Shown here: one piece after another, positions 45,591 to 57,152 of the stretch
Numbering within the stretch: the first letter of the stretch is position 1
How the letters are laid out: each line of letters begins with the position of its first letter
Program-made: the position numbers and the translations under genes
Assembly (NCBI GenBank): GCA_016181845.1
Contig: JACOYO010000005.1
Coordinates: forward strand, 66,845-130,844
Source: Parcubacteria group bacterium
Lineage (GTDB): Bacteria; Patescibacteriota; Minisyncoccia; Phycocordibacterales; 21-14-all-47-15
Length of the DNA stretch: 64,000 bases
Direction of reading: 5' to 3'
Notes under the pieces: generated by a model
The model's database searches: none
Told to the model about the DNA's origin: nothing
Seen by the model: the letters and a program-made list of their open reading frames with translations, nothing else

Positions 45591-46694
45591 TTATCTCTCC
45601 ATTCTTTCTGTTTCTTCTTCAAGACCAAATACTTCCAAGAGCAGTGGGAGATACTCCTGATTATGATGTCCTCCTTTCGGTTTTCGCGGCAATTGATTAT
45701 CCCACTTTCCTTCAAGGCGATACGGCTCCGAAGAAAACGCGCCGCCGCACATATTATATAAAGGACACCTAAGGTGCATATAAGAAGTATTTTGACACTT
45801 GCCGCATAACCGATTCCCCAAAAACCAAAGCGCGTGAGACAATTCAATCACTGGTATATGTTCCACTTCGCACAAACGAGAAAGTTTTTTTCTTATGTAT
45901 TCGGCAAGTTTAACAGAATCAACCAAACGCGTATTAAACGAAATAAGTCCCAAAGAAAGAAATACCCGCTGGACATGCAAATCAACAGGAAATGCCTCTT
46001 TGACCAAAAACGATTCCGGAACGCCGAGCTCTTGATAAAATAGCACAAGCAGACTAAAGAGTTTTGGTCCATACCCGGGGAAACGATTTCCACCTTTTTT
46101 TCTCTTTAATTTCAAAAAGGCGTCAACCGATTTTATCTCAACCAATAAACGAATTGGGTCTCCTTCGTATTCTGAAAAAAGAGTCCGTGCGGTGCCGTAC
46201 CAGCTTCTCGCGACTTCCCATGGATGAATAAACCCGATTGCTTTCATGGCGGCGATGACATCCTCTAGGGTTTTTTCAAGAATCTCTTTTGAAAAAAGCC
46301 ACGGGAATTTGTTTTCTAAAAGCACGGCTTGTTTGAATCCTTGATCGCTCACTGAACGATACACAAGGAGCGTTCCTAAAAACAAAAACAGCAGGTGTTC
46401 AAACGAACCTTTAACCACTTCTTTTGGATAATATTTATGCTGTGGCGCGTCATTAATAAAAACAAAACGAAATAAATGCGTCTCTTTTTCAAAAGACTTC
46501 ATAATCGCGAGCATCGCCTCTTTAGTGCGTTTTTTATTATACGAGAAGCGAAGTTTTGGTTCTGGTTCATTTGACTCTTGGCGCGCTCTCCTTATTTTGC
46601 GCTTGCGCAAATTATACGGAAGCAATTTATCTTCTGCTTCAAAAAAATCCGGCGCTCCAAAAGAAAAGGAGCTCTGCTTTTTGTGCTTACTCAT
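45591..46694 (-). CDS. HhH-GPD superfamily DNA glycosylase-like protein with C-terminal Cys cluster
   Basis: FPGYGPK (HhH), FPVDLHVQR, LWFLGNRLCGKC...CPLYNMC. Confidence 0.75.
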   Translation of the reverse strand: MSKHKKQSSFSFGAPDFFEAEDKLLPYNLRKRKIRRARQESNEPEPKLRFSYNKKRTKEAMLAIMKSFEKETHLFRFVFINDAPQHKYYPKEVVKGSFEHLLFLFLGTLLVYRSVSDQGFKQAVLLENKFPWLFSKEILEKTLEDVIAAMKAIGFIHPWEVARSWYGTARTLFSEYEGDPIRLLVEIKSVDAFLKLKRKKGGNRFPGYGPKLFSLLVLFYQELGVPESFLVKEAFPVDLHVQRVFLSLGLISFNTRLVDSVKLAEYIRKKLSRLCEVEHIPVIELSHALWFLGNRLCGKCQNTSYMHLRCPLYNMCGGAFSSEPYRLEGKWDNQLPRKPKGGHHNQEYLPLLLEVFGLEEETERMER

Positions 46695-46838
46695 AAGGGC
46701 TCCCTCTTAAAGTGGGTCTTCAAAAAACAATCTATGCTCACTATAAAGAAACAGCTCAAAAAAGCAACAAAAAATCGCCTCTTTTTGGGCGAGGCGATTT
46801 TTTGTTGCAAGTCTTCAGTTTTGAGATTTGACTATGGA

Positions 46839-46979
46839 ATGACGAAACTCTCTGAAATCATAGTTTTTGAGAGACATTGCGGACCCCGACGATACTGTCG
46901 GGGGAGCATAGCAAATTTTGCTCGCAAGCAAAATTATGCGCGTCTATCAAAAACTCATGATGAAGAAGAGTTTCGTAAT
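46839..46979. repeat. Structured dispersed element, copy 2
   Basis: Terminal IR ACGAAACTC/GAGTTTCGT; core shared with 28210-28344. Confidence 0.85.
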
Positions 46980-46998
46980 TCAAGAGTTTTAAGATTTT

Positions 46999-48756
<1,758 letters not shown>

Positions 48757-49062
48757 CTATTTAATGATCGCCAATAATGAATCCTCGCGGATAATATAGT
48801 ATTCTTCCCCGTCAATTTTTACTTCATCCGGACCATATTTTGAAAAAACGACCATGTCTCCTTTTTTTACCTGAAGCGGAATAAAAACGCCGTCATCATT
48901 TCGCTTGCCTTCTCCCACGGCAATCACTTTCCCATGCTCCGGTTTTTCTTTGTCAACGGTATCGGGAATAATGATTCCCGATTGTGTTTTTGTTTTTTCA
49001 GGAGTCGTTGGCTTCACCAGCACGCGGTCTCCCAAAGGAATAATACTATGTGTTGTGCTCAT
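48757..49062 (-). CDS. groS: Co-chaperonin GroES
   Basis: PLGDRVLV, SGIIIPD, AVGEG, KYG. Confidence 0.97.
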   Translation of the reverse strand: MSTTHSIIPLGDRVLVKPTTPEKTKTQSGIIIPDTVDKEKPEHGKVIAVGEGKRNDDGVFIPLQVKKGDMVVFSKYGPDEVKIDGEEYYIIREDSLLAIIK

Positions 49063-49230
49063 GATATTTTTCTTGAAAATATATAAGGCGCGCGTCCTGA
49101 AACATAATTTGTGTTTCATCCGGCATGCCTACTTTAATAATGGCAAAATTATACTTTGTTGTAGAAAAAAAGCAAGTCCAAACGAATCGTTGACTTCCAT
49201 TCAAATTCTGCTATATTGATTGATAAGGTT

Positions 49231-49452
49231 ATGGCTACAATACTCCCGTGGGTGCAAATTATATTGTCGGGGATTCTTATTACCCTGATTTTGATACAAC
49301 AATCAAGCGCGGGCGCCGGTGGCGCTTTTGGCGGAGGCGACGGTAGCGGCATACAATACACGCGGCGAGGAGCAGAAAAAGTGATTTTCAACGCGACAGT
49401 TATTACGGCGATATGCTTCGGTCTTGCGGCTTTTGCCGCCCTCTTTTTCTAA
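49231..49452 (+). CDS. secG: Preprotein translocase SecG
   Basis: LILIQQ..AGAGGAFGG, TRRGAEK. Confidence 0.9.
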   Translation: MATILPWVQIILSGILITLILIQQSSAGAGGAFGGGDGSGIQYTRRGAEKVIFNATVITAICFGLAAFAALFF

Positions 49453-49561
49453 CACAGTTATTGTACGCGGCGGGTGCGGATGCCGCGCGCGCCGCGGTCT
49501 TCCTATCACGGCGAGCTAGGGCATTCTCTTGAGACACTCCGCACTTTCTTTAATTTTTCAA

Positions 49562-51337
49562 ATGGAATCAACGCAAGAAACTGACAGAAAATTATTTTCA
49601 ATTTTGATTTCGCGGCTAAAAGAAATTATTGCCTCGTTTTCAATCAAAGAAAAACAGATTTTCAAAATACTCGTTCTTACCGCCGTGTTAAGCGGATCGT
49701 CTTTTTTGTGGGTATTGCAACGCTCTTTTCTTGAGACGATACCAGCGCGCGGCGGCTCTTTTTCTGAAGGAATCATCGGTACGCCTCGTTTCATCAATCC
49801 GCTCCTCGCGGTATCAGACGCCGACCGCGATATGACAACCCTCGTATATTCCGGATTGATGCGTCTTGCACCCGATGACACTCTTATACCAGACCTCGCT
49901 CAAACATATACGATTTCACCAGACGGACGGACCTACACGTTCACGCTTCGGGAAAACTTGTTCTTTCATGACCGTTCCCCCGTTACAAGCGAGGATGTGG
50001 CGTTTACCATATTGAAAGCCCAAGAAAGTGCAGTCAAAAGTCCACGTCGCGCAAACTGGGACGGAGTATCGGTAAAAACAGACGGTCCCGATACTGTTAT
50101 CTTCGTCTTAAAGCAACCATATGCGCCTTTTTTGGAAAACACCACGCTCGGCATACTGCCCAAGCACTTGTGGGAAACGGTAACTGCTGAACAATTCAGC
50201 TTAAATCAATTAAACATTGCCGCGGTCGGATCCGGTCCTTATAAAATAGACAAAATAACAAAAAATACCGAGGGAATCCCTAGGCAAGCAATTTTATCTT
50301 CGTTTTCAAAATTTGTTTTGGGCGCGCCATACATACAAACCATACGCCTCACTTTCTATTCAAATAAACAAGATCTGCTCGCGGCATATCAGACCAGGTC
50401 CATTGATGCCATGAGCACGGTGCCACCATCGCTTGCGGAAACACTCTCAAAGCGCGGCGAGCGGATTGAGACAGCGCCGCTCCCCAGAGTGTTTGGTGTT
50501 TTCTTCAACCAAAACGAACAACCGCTGTTTGCCGACGCGGCGATACGGCGCGCGTTAAACATCATGACCGACCGCTCTATCATCATCAACGAAGTACTCC
50601 GTGGCTATGGCACTCCTCTGTTTGGTCCGCTTCCGAAAGGCGCTCTTGGATACCAAGAAGAAATAAGTGAAATAGACATTGCCGACCAAGATTCCCGAAA
50701 GAAAGAGGCGCTTGCCATTCTCACAAAAGACGGCTGGAAACCAAACGCTAAAGACGGCATTCTTGAGAAAAAAAGCAAAAAAGAAACCTTGCGGCTTGCC
50801 TTTTCTGTCGCCACATCAGACATAGCCGAACTCAAAGAAGCGGCGGAGCTCCTCAAGACGCAGTGGGAAGACATAGGAGCGGAGGTCACTTTGCAGATAT
50901 TTGAATTGGGCGACCTGAACCAAAACATAATCCGGCCGCGAAAGTATGACGCGCTCTTTTTCGGAGAAATTATCGGGCGCGATGCCGACCCGTTTGCTTT
51001 TTGGCATTCTTCACAGCGGCTTGATCCGGGATTAAACATCGCGCTGTATGCAAACATAACGACAGACAAACTTCTTGAAGCGGCTCGCACCACTTCCGAC
51101 AAACAAGACCGCGTAAAAAAATATCAGCTCTTTCAAAAAGAAGTCGCGGAGGACGTTCCGGCGGTATTCACCTATACGCCAAAATTTATTTACGCATTCC
51201 CAAATGCCGTGAAAGGATTTTTAATGGGTTCCATTACCGTTCCTGCCGACCGCTTTGCATCCGTATATACCTGGTACATTGAAACAAGCCGTGTGTGGAA
51301 AATTTTTAATACATTTAATAAAAATAACAATAATTAA
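49562..51337 (+). CDS. Family 5 ABC substrate-binding protein (peptide), N-terminal TM
   Basis: LVYSGL, PDLA...SPDGRTYTFTLR, FHD, GSGPY. Confidence 0.9.
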   Translation: MESTQETDRKLFSILISRLKEIIASFSIKEKQIFKILVLTAVLSGSSFLWVLQRSFLETIPARGGSFSEGIIGTPRFINPLLAVSDADRDMTTLVYSGLMRLAPDDTLIPDLAQTYTISPDGRTYTFTLRENLFFHDRSPVTSEDVAFTILKAQESAVKSPRRANWDGVSVKTDGPDTVIFVLKQPYAPFLENTTLGILPKHLWETVTAEQFSLNQLNIAAVGSGPYKIDKITKNTEGIPRQAILSSFSKFVLGAPYIQTIRLTFYSNKQDLLAAYQTRSIDAMSTVPPSLAETLSKRGERIETAPLPRVFGVFFNQNEQPLFADAAIRRALNIMTDRSIIINEVLRGYGTPLFGPLPKGALGYQEEISEIDIADQDSRKKEALAILTKDGWKPNAKDGILEKKSKKETLRLAFSVATSDIAELKEAAELLKTQWEDIGAEVTLQIFELGDLNQNIIRPRKYDALFFGEIIGRDADPFAFWHSSQRLDPGLNIALYANITTDKLLEAARTTSDKQDRVKKYQLFQKEVAEDVPAVFTYTPKFIYAFPNAVKGFLMGSITVPADRFASVYTWYIETSRVWKIFNTFNKNNNN

Positions 51338-51343
51338 TAAAGA

Positions 51344-51420
51344 GTAAAATGCAAAACGAAAAACTAAAAACAAAATTCAGCGTTACTTCTTTTGTGTTTT
51401 TCGTTTTACGTTTTTAATTT
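51344..51420 (+). repeat. Heptad hairpin element, copy E (before rnj)
   Basis: Reverse complement of copies A-D, so same orientation relative to the downstream gene. Confidence 0.9.
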
Positions 51421-51426
51421 ATCATC

Positions 51427-53382
51427 ATGATACAACAAAACAAAGGGGCTTCTTATGCAAGAAGCGGAGATGGACATGGGCACGCGCCGCGACACCGCCG
51501 CCCATTTTCTCATCACTCACATCAACCAAACAAAAGTGACGCGGCAAAAAGCACGCCGCAAGCGCCAGCGTCTCAACACCCAAAACCGCGGCAAGGACAC
51601 GGCGGCAAGAGAGCGCCAGGCGGACGCGGTGGTCCGCGCAGAGAACAAAGAGAACGTCCGAGAACCTCTCGCCCTCATCTATCACAAAAAAATTGGGCTC
51701 CCGTTCCATCGCTTGAGAAAGACACTATGCGTATTATTCCGTTGGGCGGAGTGGAGGAAATCGGCAAAAACATCACCGCTTTTGAATACGGCAATGATAT
51801 TTTTGTCGTTGATATGGGCTTTCAATTCAGCGAAGACGATACTCCGGGGATTGATTATATTCTGCCCAACACAAAATACCTTGAGGAAAGAAAAGATAGG
51901 GTCCGCGCGGTGTTTATCACACATGGCCACCTGGACCATATCGGCGGTATCCCCTATCTTATGGAAAAAATCGGCAATCCGCCGATGTACGCAAGAAATT
52001 TTACAGCGCTGATGATAAAAAAGCGCCAGGAAGAATTTCCACACCTGCCGCCGCTTGACCTGCGTATCGTTGAAAGCGGAAATCGTCTAAAAATAGGCGG
52101 GCTCTTCGTCGGCTTCTTCGCTGTGACGCACGCCATCCCCGATTCAATGGGTATTATTTTTGAAACTCCGCATGGCGACGTGGTACACACAGGTGATATT
52201 CGTTTAGACCACATTGAAGGGCATGTATCGGAGATTGAAGAAGAAATATACGATTCGTTCAAAGATAGAAACGTGCTTGCTCTTCTTGCCGACTCAACAA
52301 ACGCCGAAAATCCGGGATTTTCTATTTCAGAAAAGGTGGTATACCAAAACATAGAAGACATCATCAAAAACACCAAGGGTCGCCTCATTTTATCAACATT
52401 CGCCTCGCAAGTTGAGCGCATGCTCAAGATGATTGAGATATCTGAAAAATACGGCAAAAAAATCGTCATTGAGGGACGGAGCATGAAAACTAATATTGAA
52501 GTAACGCGGGCCGCGGGACTTTTGAAAGTTGGCAAAGAATCTCTCATCACCGTTGAAGAAATGAGTCAATATCCTGAAAACAAACAAGTAGCGCTGGTTA
52601 CCGGCGCGCAAGGTGAAGAATTCGCGGCGCTTATGCGGATTGCGAATAAAACACATAAACATATCAAAATCTCTCCGCGAGATACTATCCTCATGTCTTC
52701 ATCAATCGTTCCAGGAAATGAACGAAACGTGCAAAAATTGAAAGACAACCTCTCGCGGCAAGGCGCTCATATTATTCATTATAAAAATTCCGATGTGCAT
52801 TCTTCCGGTCATGCCAACGGCGAAGAGCTCGCCTGGATTCATGCCAAAATACACCCGAAATTTTTTATTCCGATTCACGGATACCATTATATGCTCCGCG
52901 TGCATGCCGATATCGCAAAACGCATCGTCCATGAAGCGAATATCGTCATACCGGACAACGGCATGGTTATTGAAATTGCCAAAGGAGAAAAAATAGCGTC
53001 GCGCAAAGAAACAGCTCCATCAAATCCGATTTTGGTTGACGGTTTTTCTATAGGAGACGCGCAGGAAGTGGTATTGCGCGACCGCCAAATGCTTTCTCAA
53101 GACGGCATGTTTGTCGTAATTGCCTCTATAGATATTAGAACTGGAAAATTACGGAAATCGCCCGACATCATTTCCAGAGGGTTTGTCTATTTGCGAGAAT
53201 CACAAGAACTTCTCAAAGACGCGCGAAATGTGGTGAAAAGAACCATTGAAAAAACAACCGCGGGCATGAATCCTATCAATTTTGAGCATGTGAAAACTAC
53301 CCTCACCGATGACGTGTCCCGTTTCCTCTTCCAAAAAACAAACAAGCGCCCGATTGTCATACCGGTGCTTTTGGGAATATAA
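51427..53382 (+). CDS. rnj: Ribonuclease J with low-complexity N-terminal extension
   Basis: PLGGVEEIGKN, THGHLDHIG, DSTNAE, HSSGH, PIHG. Confidence 0.95.
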   Translation: MIQQNKGASYARSGDGHGHAPRHRRPFSHHSHQPNKSDAAKSTPQAPASQHPKPRQGHGGKRAPGGRGGPRREQRERPRTSRPHLSQKNWAPVPSLEKDTMRIIPLGGVEEIGKNITAFEYGNDIFVVDMGFQFSEDDTPGIDYILPNTKYLEERKDRVRAVFITHGHLDHIGGIPYLMEKIGNPPMYARNFTALMIKKRQEEFPHLPPLDLRIVESGNRLKIGGLFVGFFAVTHAIPDSMGIIFETPHGDVVHTGDIRLDHIEGHVSEIEEEIYDSFKDRNVLALLADSTNAENPGFSISEKVVYQNIEDIIKNTKGRLILSTFASQVERMLKMIEISEKYGKKIVIEGRSMKTNIEVTRAAGLLKVGKESLITVEEMSQYPENKQVALVTGAQGEEFAALMRIANKTHKHIKISPRDTILMSSSIVPGNERNVQKLKDNLSRQGAHIIHYKNSDVHSSGHANGEELAWIHAKIHPKFFIPIHGYHYMLRVHADIAKRIVHEANIVIPDNGMVIEIAKGEKIASRKETAPSNPILVDGFSIGDAQEVVLRDRQMLSQDGMFVVIASIDIRTGKLRKSPDIISRGFVYLRESQELLKDARNVVKRTIEKTTAGMNPINFEHVKTTLTDDVSRFLFQKTNKRPIVIPVLLGI

Positions 53383-53440
53383 CCCTGCATATAACCGCGC
53401 GCCGTTTCCACTTCTCTGTATTTCACGTACAATAGACGAT

Positions 53441-54631
53441 ATGCAACAAGCGATCCCTGCGACAGAACCAAGAAAACAAACCGGCGCGCCGCTTCGTGCA
53501 GTGTATCTCTCCAGTTTTTTACTTGCGTTTCATGCCGCGCTGTCGGCATATATTGAGTCTTCTTTTCTTGGAACATTTCTAGGCGATGCTGTGGTCGGCA
53601 CCGTTTTCACGTTGGGTGCTCTGGTCTCTATCGCGGGGCTTATGTGGATACCCTCGCTACTTAAAAAATACGGCAATTACCGTATTATTTTTTCGCTTAT
53701 TTTAATTGAAATAATCGCACTCGCCGGGCTCGCAATCATCAAGCATGCCCCATGGCTTCTCGTGCCGATTTTCACTATTCACCTTGCCACTTTCCCTTTG
53801 ACGCTTTTCAGCATGGATATTTTTCTGGAAAGCGGCTCGCAAAATGAAACGACTGGGAAAACGCGCGGTACGTATTTAACAATGCAAAACGCTGCGTGGC
53901 TCGCTCCCCCGCTTATGGCAGGGCTCATACTGACAAACGGAGACTATTGGAAAATTTTTGCAAGTGCGGGCGTTGTGCTATTTCCTGTTTTGATAATTGT
54001 GTGGCAAAAATTTAATGATTTCCACGACCCGCGCTATTCACCTATACCGCTTCTTGGCACATGGAAAGAAATCTGGCGGCGAAAAGATATTTACCGTATT
54101 TTTATGTCAAATCTGCTTCTTTCATTTTTCTTCTCGTGGATGGTCATTTATACGCCGCTCTATCTCCATAAGTATATGCACTTGGCGTGGAGCGATATCG
54201 GAATAATATTTACCATTATGTTGCTGCCTTTTGTGTTGTTTAGTATGCCGTCAGGCAAACTTTCCGATACGCGATACGGCGAAAAAGAGATGCTATCGCT
54301 CGGATTTGTTATCATGGCATTTTCCACTGGAATACTTACCTTTGTGACCAGCGCCAGTGTTGTATTATGGGCAAGCTTGCTTTTTATTACCAGAATAGGC
54401 GCAACGCTTGTCCAAACAATGAACGAAAGTTATTTTTTTAAACAAGTGAATGAGATGGATGCGGAAATCATCAGCGTGTTTCGTTATACCAATTCTTTGG
54501 GCGCTTTGTTCGGCCCGCTTGCGGCAAGCGCGCTTCTTTCTTTTGTTGATTTTCGTTTTATGTTTCTTGTGCTGGGAGTCATCATGCTGTATGGACTTCG
54601 CTACAGCATCACTATCAAAGATACGAAATAA
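53441..54631 (+). CDS. MFS transporter
   Basis: About 12 TM segments, GKLSDTRYGEK motif. Confidence 0.88.
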   Translation: MQQAIPATEPRKQTGAPLRAVYLSSFLLAFHAALSAYIESSFLGTFLGDAVVGTVFTLGALVSIAGLMWIPSLLKKYGNYRIIFSLILIEIIALAGLAIIKHAPWLLVPIFTIHLATFPLTLFSMDIFLESGSQNETTGKTRGTYLTMQNAAWLAPPLMAGLILTNGDYWKIFASAGVVLFPVLIIVWQKFNDFHDPRYSPIPLLGTWKEIWRRKDIYRIFMSNLLLSFFFSWMVIYTPLYLHKYMHLAWSDIGIIFTIMLLPFVLFSMPSGKLSDTRYGEKEMLSLGFVIMAFSTGILTFVTSASVVLWASLLFITRIGATLVQTMNESYFFKQVNEMDAEIISVFRYTNSLGALFGPLAASALLSFVDFRFMFLVLGVIMLYGLRYSITIKDTK

Positions 54632-54666
54632 AGGTTCCTCTTGGCAAGCCACATTGTATAAATGAT

Positions 54667-54701
54667 AACCCCACTTGGTGGCTAAGCCACCAAGTGGGGT
54701 T
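54667..54701. terminator. 17-bp perfect palindrome between convergent genes
   Basis: AACCCCACTTGGTGGCT-A-AGCCACCAAGTGGGGTT. Confidence 0.7.
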
Positions 54702-54705
54702 AATT

Positions 54706-55440
54706 CTAGTTTTCTTTTTGTTTTTTTTGTTTTTTGAGAAAAAATTTTACAAATGCTTCAAGGTTTTTAAAAATATGCTCTTTGGGCACACCTTTGCTAA
54801 TGAGCGCGTCTTCCGACATTCCTCCGGAGCGTACCCCGATAAACAACACTCCTGCCGCGCGTGCCGCGAGCAGGTCGGGCGTCCAATCTCCTACAAACAA
54901 CGCCTGCTCTTTTTTGAAACCGGTTTTTTTAAGAATATACTCCAGAGCATACGGGTGCGGTTTCCCCACTCCCGCGGAAAAATTGTCGGGCGTGCTTATA
55001 ACATCAAACAACTCACTGCAAAACGCCACTGATTCAAAACGCGCATCAAGCAAATGCCGGCTGTTTGCCGTGCATAACGCAAGACGTATCTCTTTTTTCT
55101 TTAGCTTTTTTAGAGCACTTGCACTTCCCGGAATGCGCGGGTACGGATGTTCTTTTTCCGCCACCTCAAGCGCTCTAATGTATTTCTTTATGTGTTGTTC
55201 TGAAATCGCTGGCCACATCTTCCGTATATTGCCACGTAAAGTGTGCTCACCTTCAATCTCTCCAGCCCAAATGCCGTCTATCACTTCCCGTACCGGCGCA
55301 AGTGATAACTCGCATTCACATGCCGCGCGTTCAAGATTGCGCCGAAAAAGCTCTCCAAGTACCGTTATCACTCCATCCCAGTCGCAGATAATTAATTTGA
55401 TATGTTTCCAATCAACCCTTTGTTTTTGGTTCTTTTTCAC
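54706..55440 (-). CDS. HAD-IA family hydrolase
   Basis: CDWDGVI, GKPHP, FVGD...DL.AARAAG; SD AAGGAG. Confidence 0.88.
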   Translation of the reverse strand: MKKNQKQRVDWKHIKLIICDWDGVITVLGELFRRNLERAACECELSLAPVREVIDGIWAGEIEGEHTLRGNIRKMWPAISEQHIKKYIRALEVAEKEHPYPRIPGSASALKKLKKKEIRLALCTANSRHLLDARFESVAFCSELFDVISTPDNFSAGVGKPHPYALEYILKKTGFKKEQALFVGDWTPDLLAARAAGVLFIGVRSGGMSEDALISKGVPKEHIFKNLEAFVKFFLKKQKKQKEN

Positions 55441-55531
55441 CGCGTATCTCCTTGAAAAATTTTCAGAGGAACAATAACACTACTGGTGAACATAACATGC
55501 AAAACACACAAAAGCAAAGCGACGCCGACAA

Positions 55532-55620
55532 AGTTTACGAAGGTTCAGTTTACGAAGGTTCCTCCTTCGTTGTGGATAACTTTCAATTTACGAAGGTTCC
55601 TCCTTCGTTGTGGATAACTT
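55532..55620. repeat. Tandem ACGAAGGTTCCTCCTTCGT palindrome + DnaA-box unit
   Basis: 34-bp unit at 55549-55582 and 55587-55620, partial copy at 55532-55546. Confidence 0.88.
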
Positions 55621-56866
55621 ACAATGGAGAAATGAGCGCGTCTCGTGTATATTTATTTGCCGGATCCCAAAGCATCCAGCTCGTAAGCCCCGCGTCATAG
55701 ACCGCCTGCATTTGCGCGCGGACTTTTGCCGCGTCGTACACTCCGCCATAATCAAAATCTTGGAGCCACGGGCGCAATTTATTCGGTGTAGAGCTTGCGG
55801 CGATAAGCCGTGTTGCCGCGCTATCCATGGAATACTTCACCACCTCATACGCGTTGACATTTGGATTTGCAAACCCGTGAAATCCCGGAGGATAATGCGA
55901 CGGATATACCATCGGCGCGAGATAGTCAAACGACGGCTCGGCATATTCAAGAATTTGCCCGATGTTCAAATCGTCGGTATTGGTGGTGGTCATCCCGAAT
56001 AAATCCGCGGACAACTTCGCGCCTTTCCCGCGGATATCGGAAAGCGATTCTCTCAAAAAATGGAAAAAGGCGCGAAGAATCAATGCTTTCCCAAAAGATG
56101 TGTCGGCATTTACACGCGCTTCACTAAACGGATAATAAATATCGCGCATGTTTCCATCTGAAGGAAAGCGGATGTAATCAAAATTGAGTTCATCAAATCC
56201 AAGCTCGTATGACGCTCTGGCAAGCGCCGAAATATACGCCCATCCTTCTTCCGCCCCCGGGTCAATATAAGAAAGCCCTTTGTAATCTTTCCAGAGAACA
56301 TCCGTATCGCTTTCTTTTTTAACCGCTAAATCAGGGCGGACTTTTGCTAAAAATGGGTCTTGAAATACGGTGATTCTTCCGATGACATAAATATTTTTTT
56401 TGTGTAGCTCTCCGATAAATTCGCGGACATCGGGGAAACGATTTTCTAACGCGCCGTATTTTGACACCGCGGTATCAGCCACAGGAAACGCAATGTGCCC
56501 GCTATAATCTTTGATATCTATAACCACCGCGTTTAATTCCGTATCGTTGATAAGCGCCGTGATATGGTCGCGCATGCTTCTGGTACCGGCGACCCAGCTC
56601 GTCATATATATCGCGCGAAGCGGTTCCGGCGTAGAAACATGGGTAACCACAAAGACCGGCACTTCTTTTTCTTTGTGTATATTAAGCGCAACCGCGACTC
56701 CTGATGATGCTTGTTGCTCGTATATAAGCGTGTGGAAAGGAGGAAAGCCAAAAGATACAAAAACAGACGCGGCGATAAAAGCCATGGTCGTAAACCCTAT
56801 CGGGCGGCGGAAAAAACCAAGCGCGCGCGATACGGAAAAACGCTTGTGTTTATTTTCCTGTGTCAT
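55619..56866 (-). CDS. Putative glycoside hydrolase (DUF4015-like TIM barrel)
   Basis: ELNAVVIDIKD, GFDELNFDYIRFP, PMVYPSHY, RPWLQDF. Confidence 0.82.
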   Translation of the reverse strand: MTQENKHKRFSVSRALGFFRRPIGFTTMAFIAASVFVSFGFPPFHTLIYEQQASSGVAVALNIHKEKEVPVFVVTHVSTPEPLRAIYMTSWVAGTRSMRDHITALINDTELNAVVIDIKDYSGHIAFPVADTAVSKYGALENRFPDVREFIGELHKKNIYVIGRITVFQDPFLAKVRPDLAVKKESDTDVLWKDYKGLSYIDPGAEEGWAYISALARASYELGFDELNFDYIRFPSDGNMRDIYYPFSEARVNADTSFGKALILRAFFHFLRESLSDIRGKGAKLSADLFGMTTTNTDDLNIGQILEYAEPSFDYLAPMVYPSHYPPGFHGFANPNVNAYEVVKYSMDSAATRLIAASSTPNKLRPWLQDFDYGGVYDAAKVRAQMQAVYDAGLTSWMLWDPANKYTRDALISPL

Positions 56867-56877
56867 GAAAAAACGCG

Positions 56878-57129
56878 TTACACTTTTGGCGGAAACGACG
56901 AGGAGTCATCAAAAGACATGTTTTCATTTTCCACGTATGAATCCGGGCGGCTCACCATACTTTTTCCTTTCCAACGCAAAGCAGAAATTTCATTCCCAAA
57001 AAACACCAAGCCGGCAATGCTCAACCCGCCAATGGCAATAAACCAATCCCGCGCCACTCCAGGAAATCCCAAAAAGGGCAGTAACGCGACAAGTATGGCG
57101 ATAACAATGATGCTCCATTTATATTGCAT
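56878..57129 (-). CDS. Small membrane protein
   Basis: LPFLGFP motif, two TMs; TATACT 7 nt before ATG. Confidence 0.75.
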   Translation of the reverse strand: MQYKWSIIVIAILVALLPFLGFPGVARDWFIAIGGLSIAGLVFFGNEISALRWKGKSMVSRPDSYVENENMSFDDSSSFPPKV

Positions 57130-57152
57130 AGAAAGAAGTATATCAAAAAAAT

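Noticed and set aside
49465-49545. SRP (4.5S) RNA or RNase P RNA
   Set aside because: Lacks the CAGG/GGAA/AGCA domain IV motif and the RNase P conserved ends
55532-55620. Mini-CRISPR or replication origin
   Set aside because: Only two full units with a 4-nt spacer; two DnaA boxes, no dnaA/dnaN and no clear unwinding element
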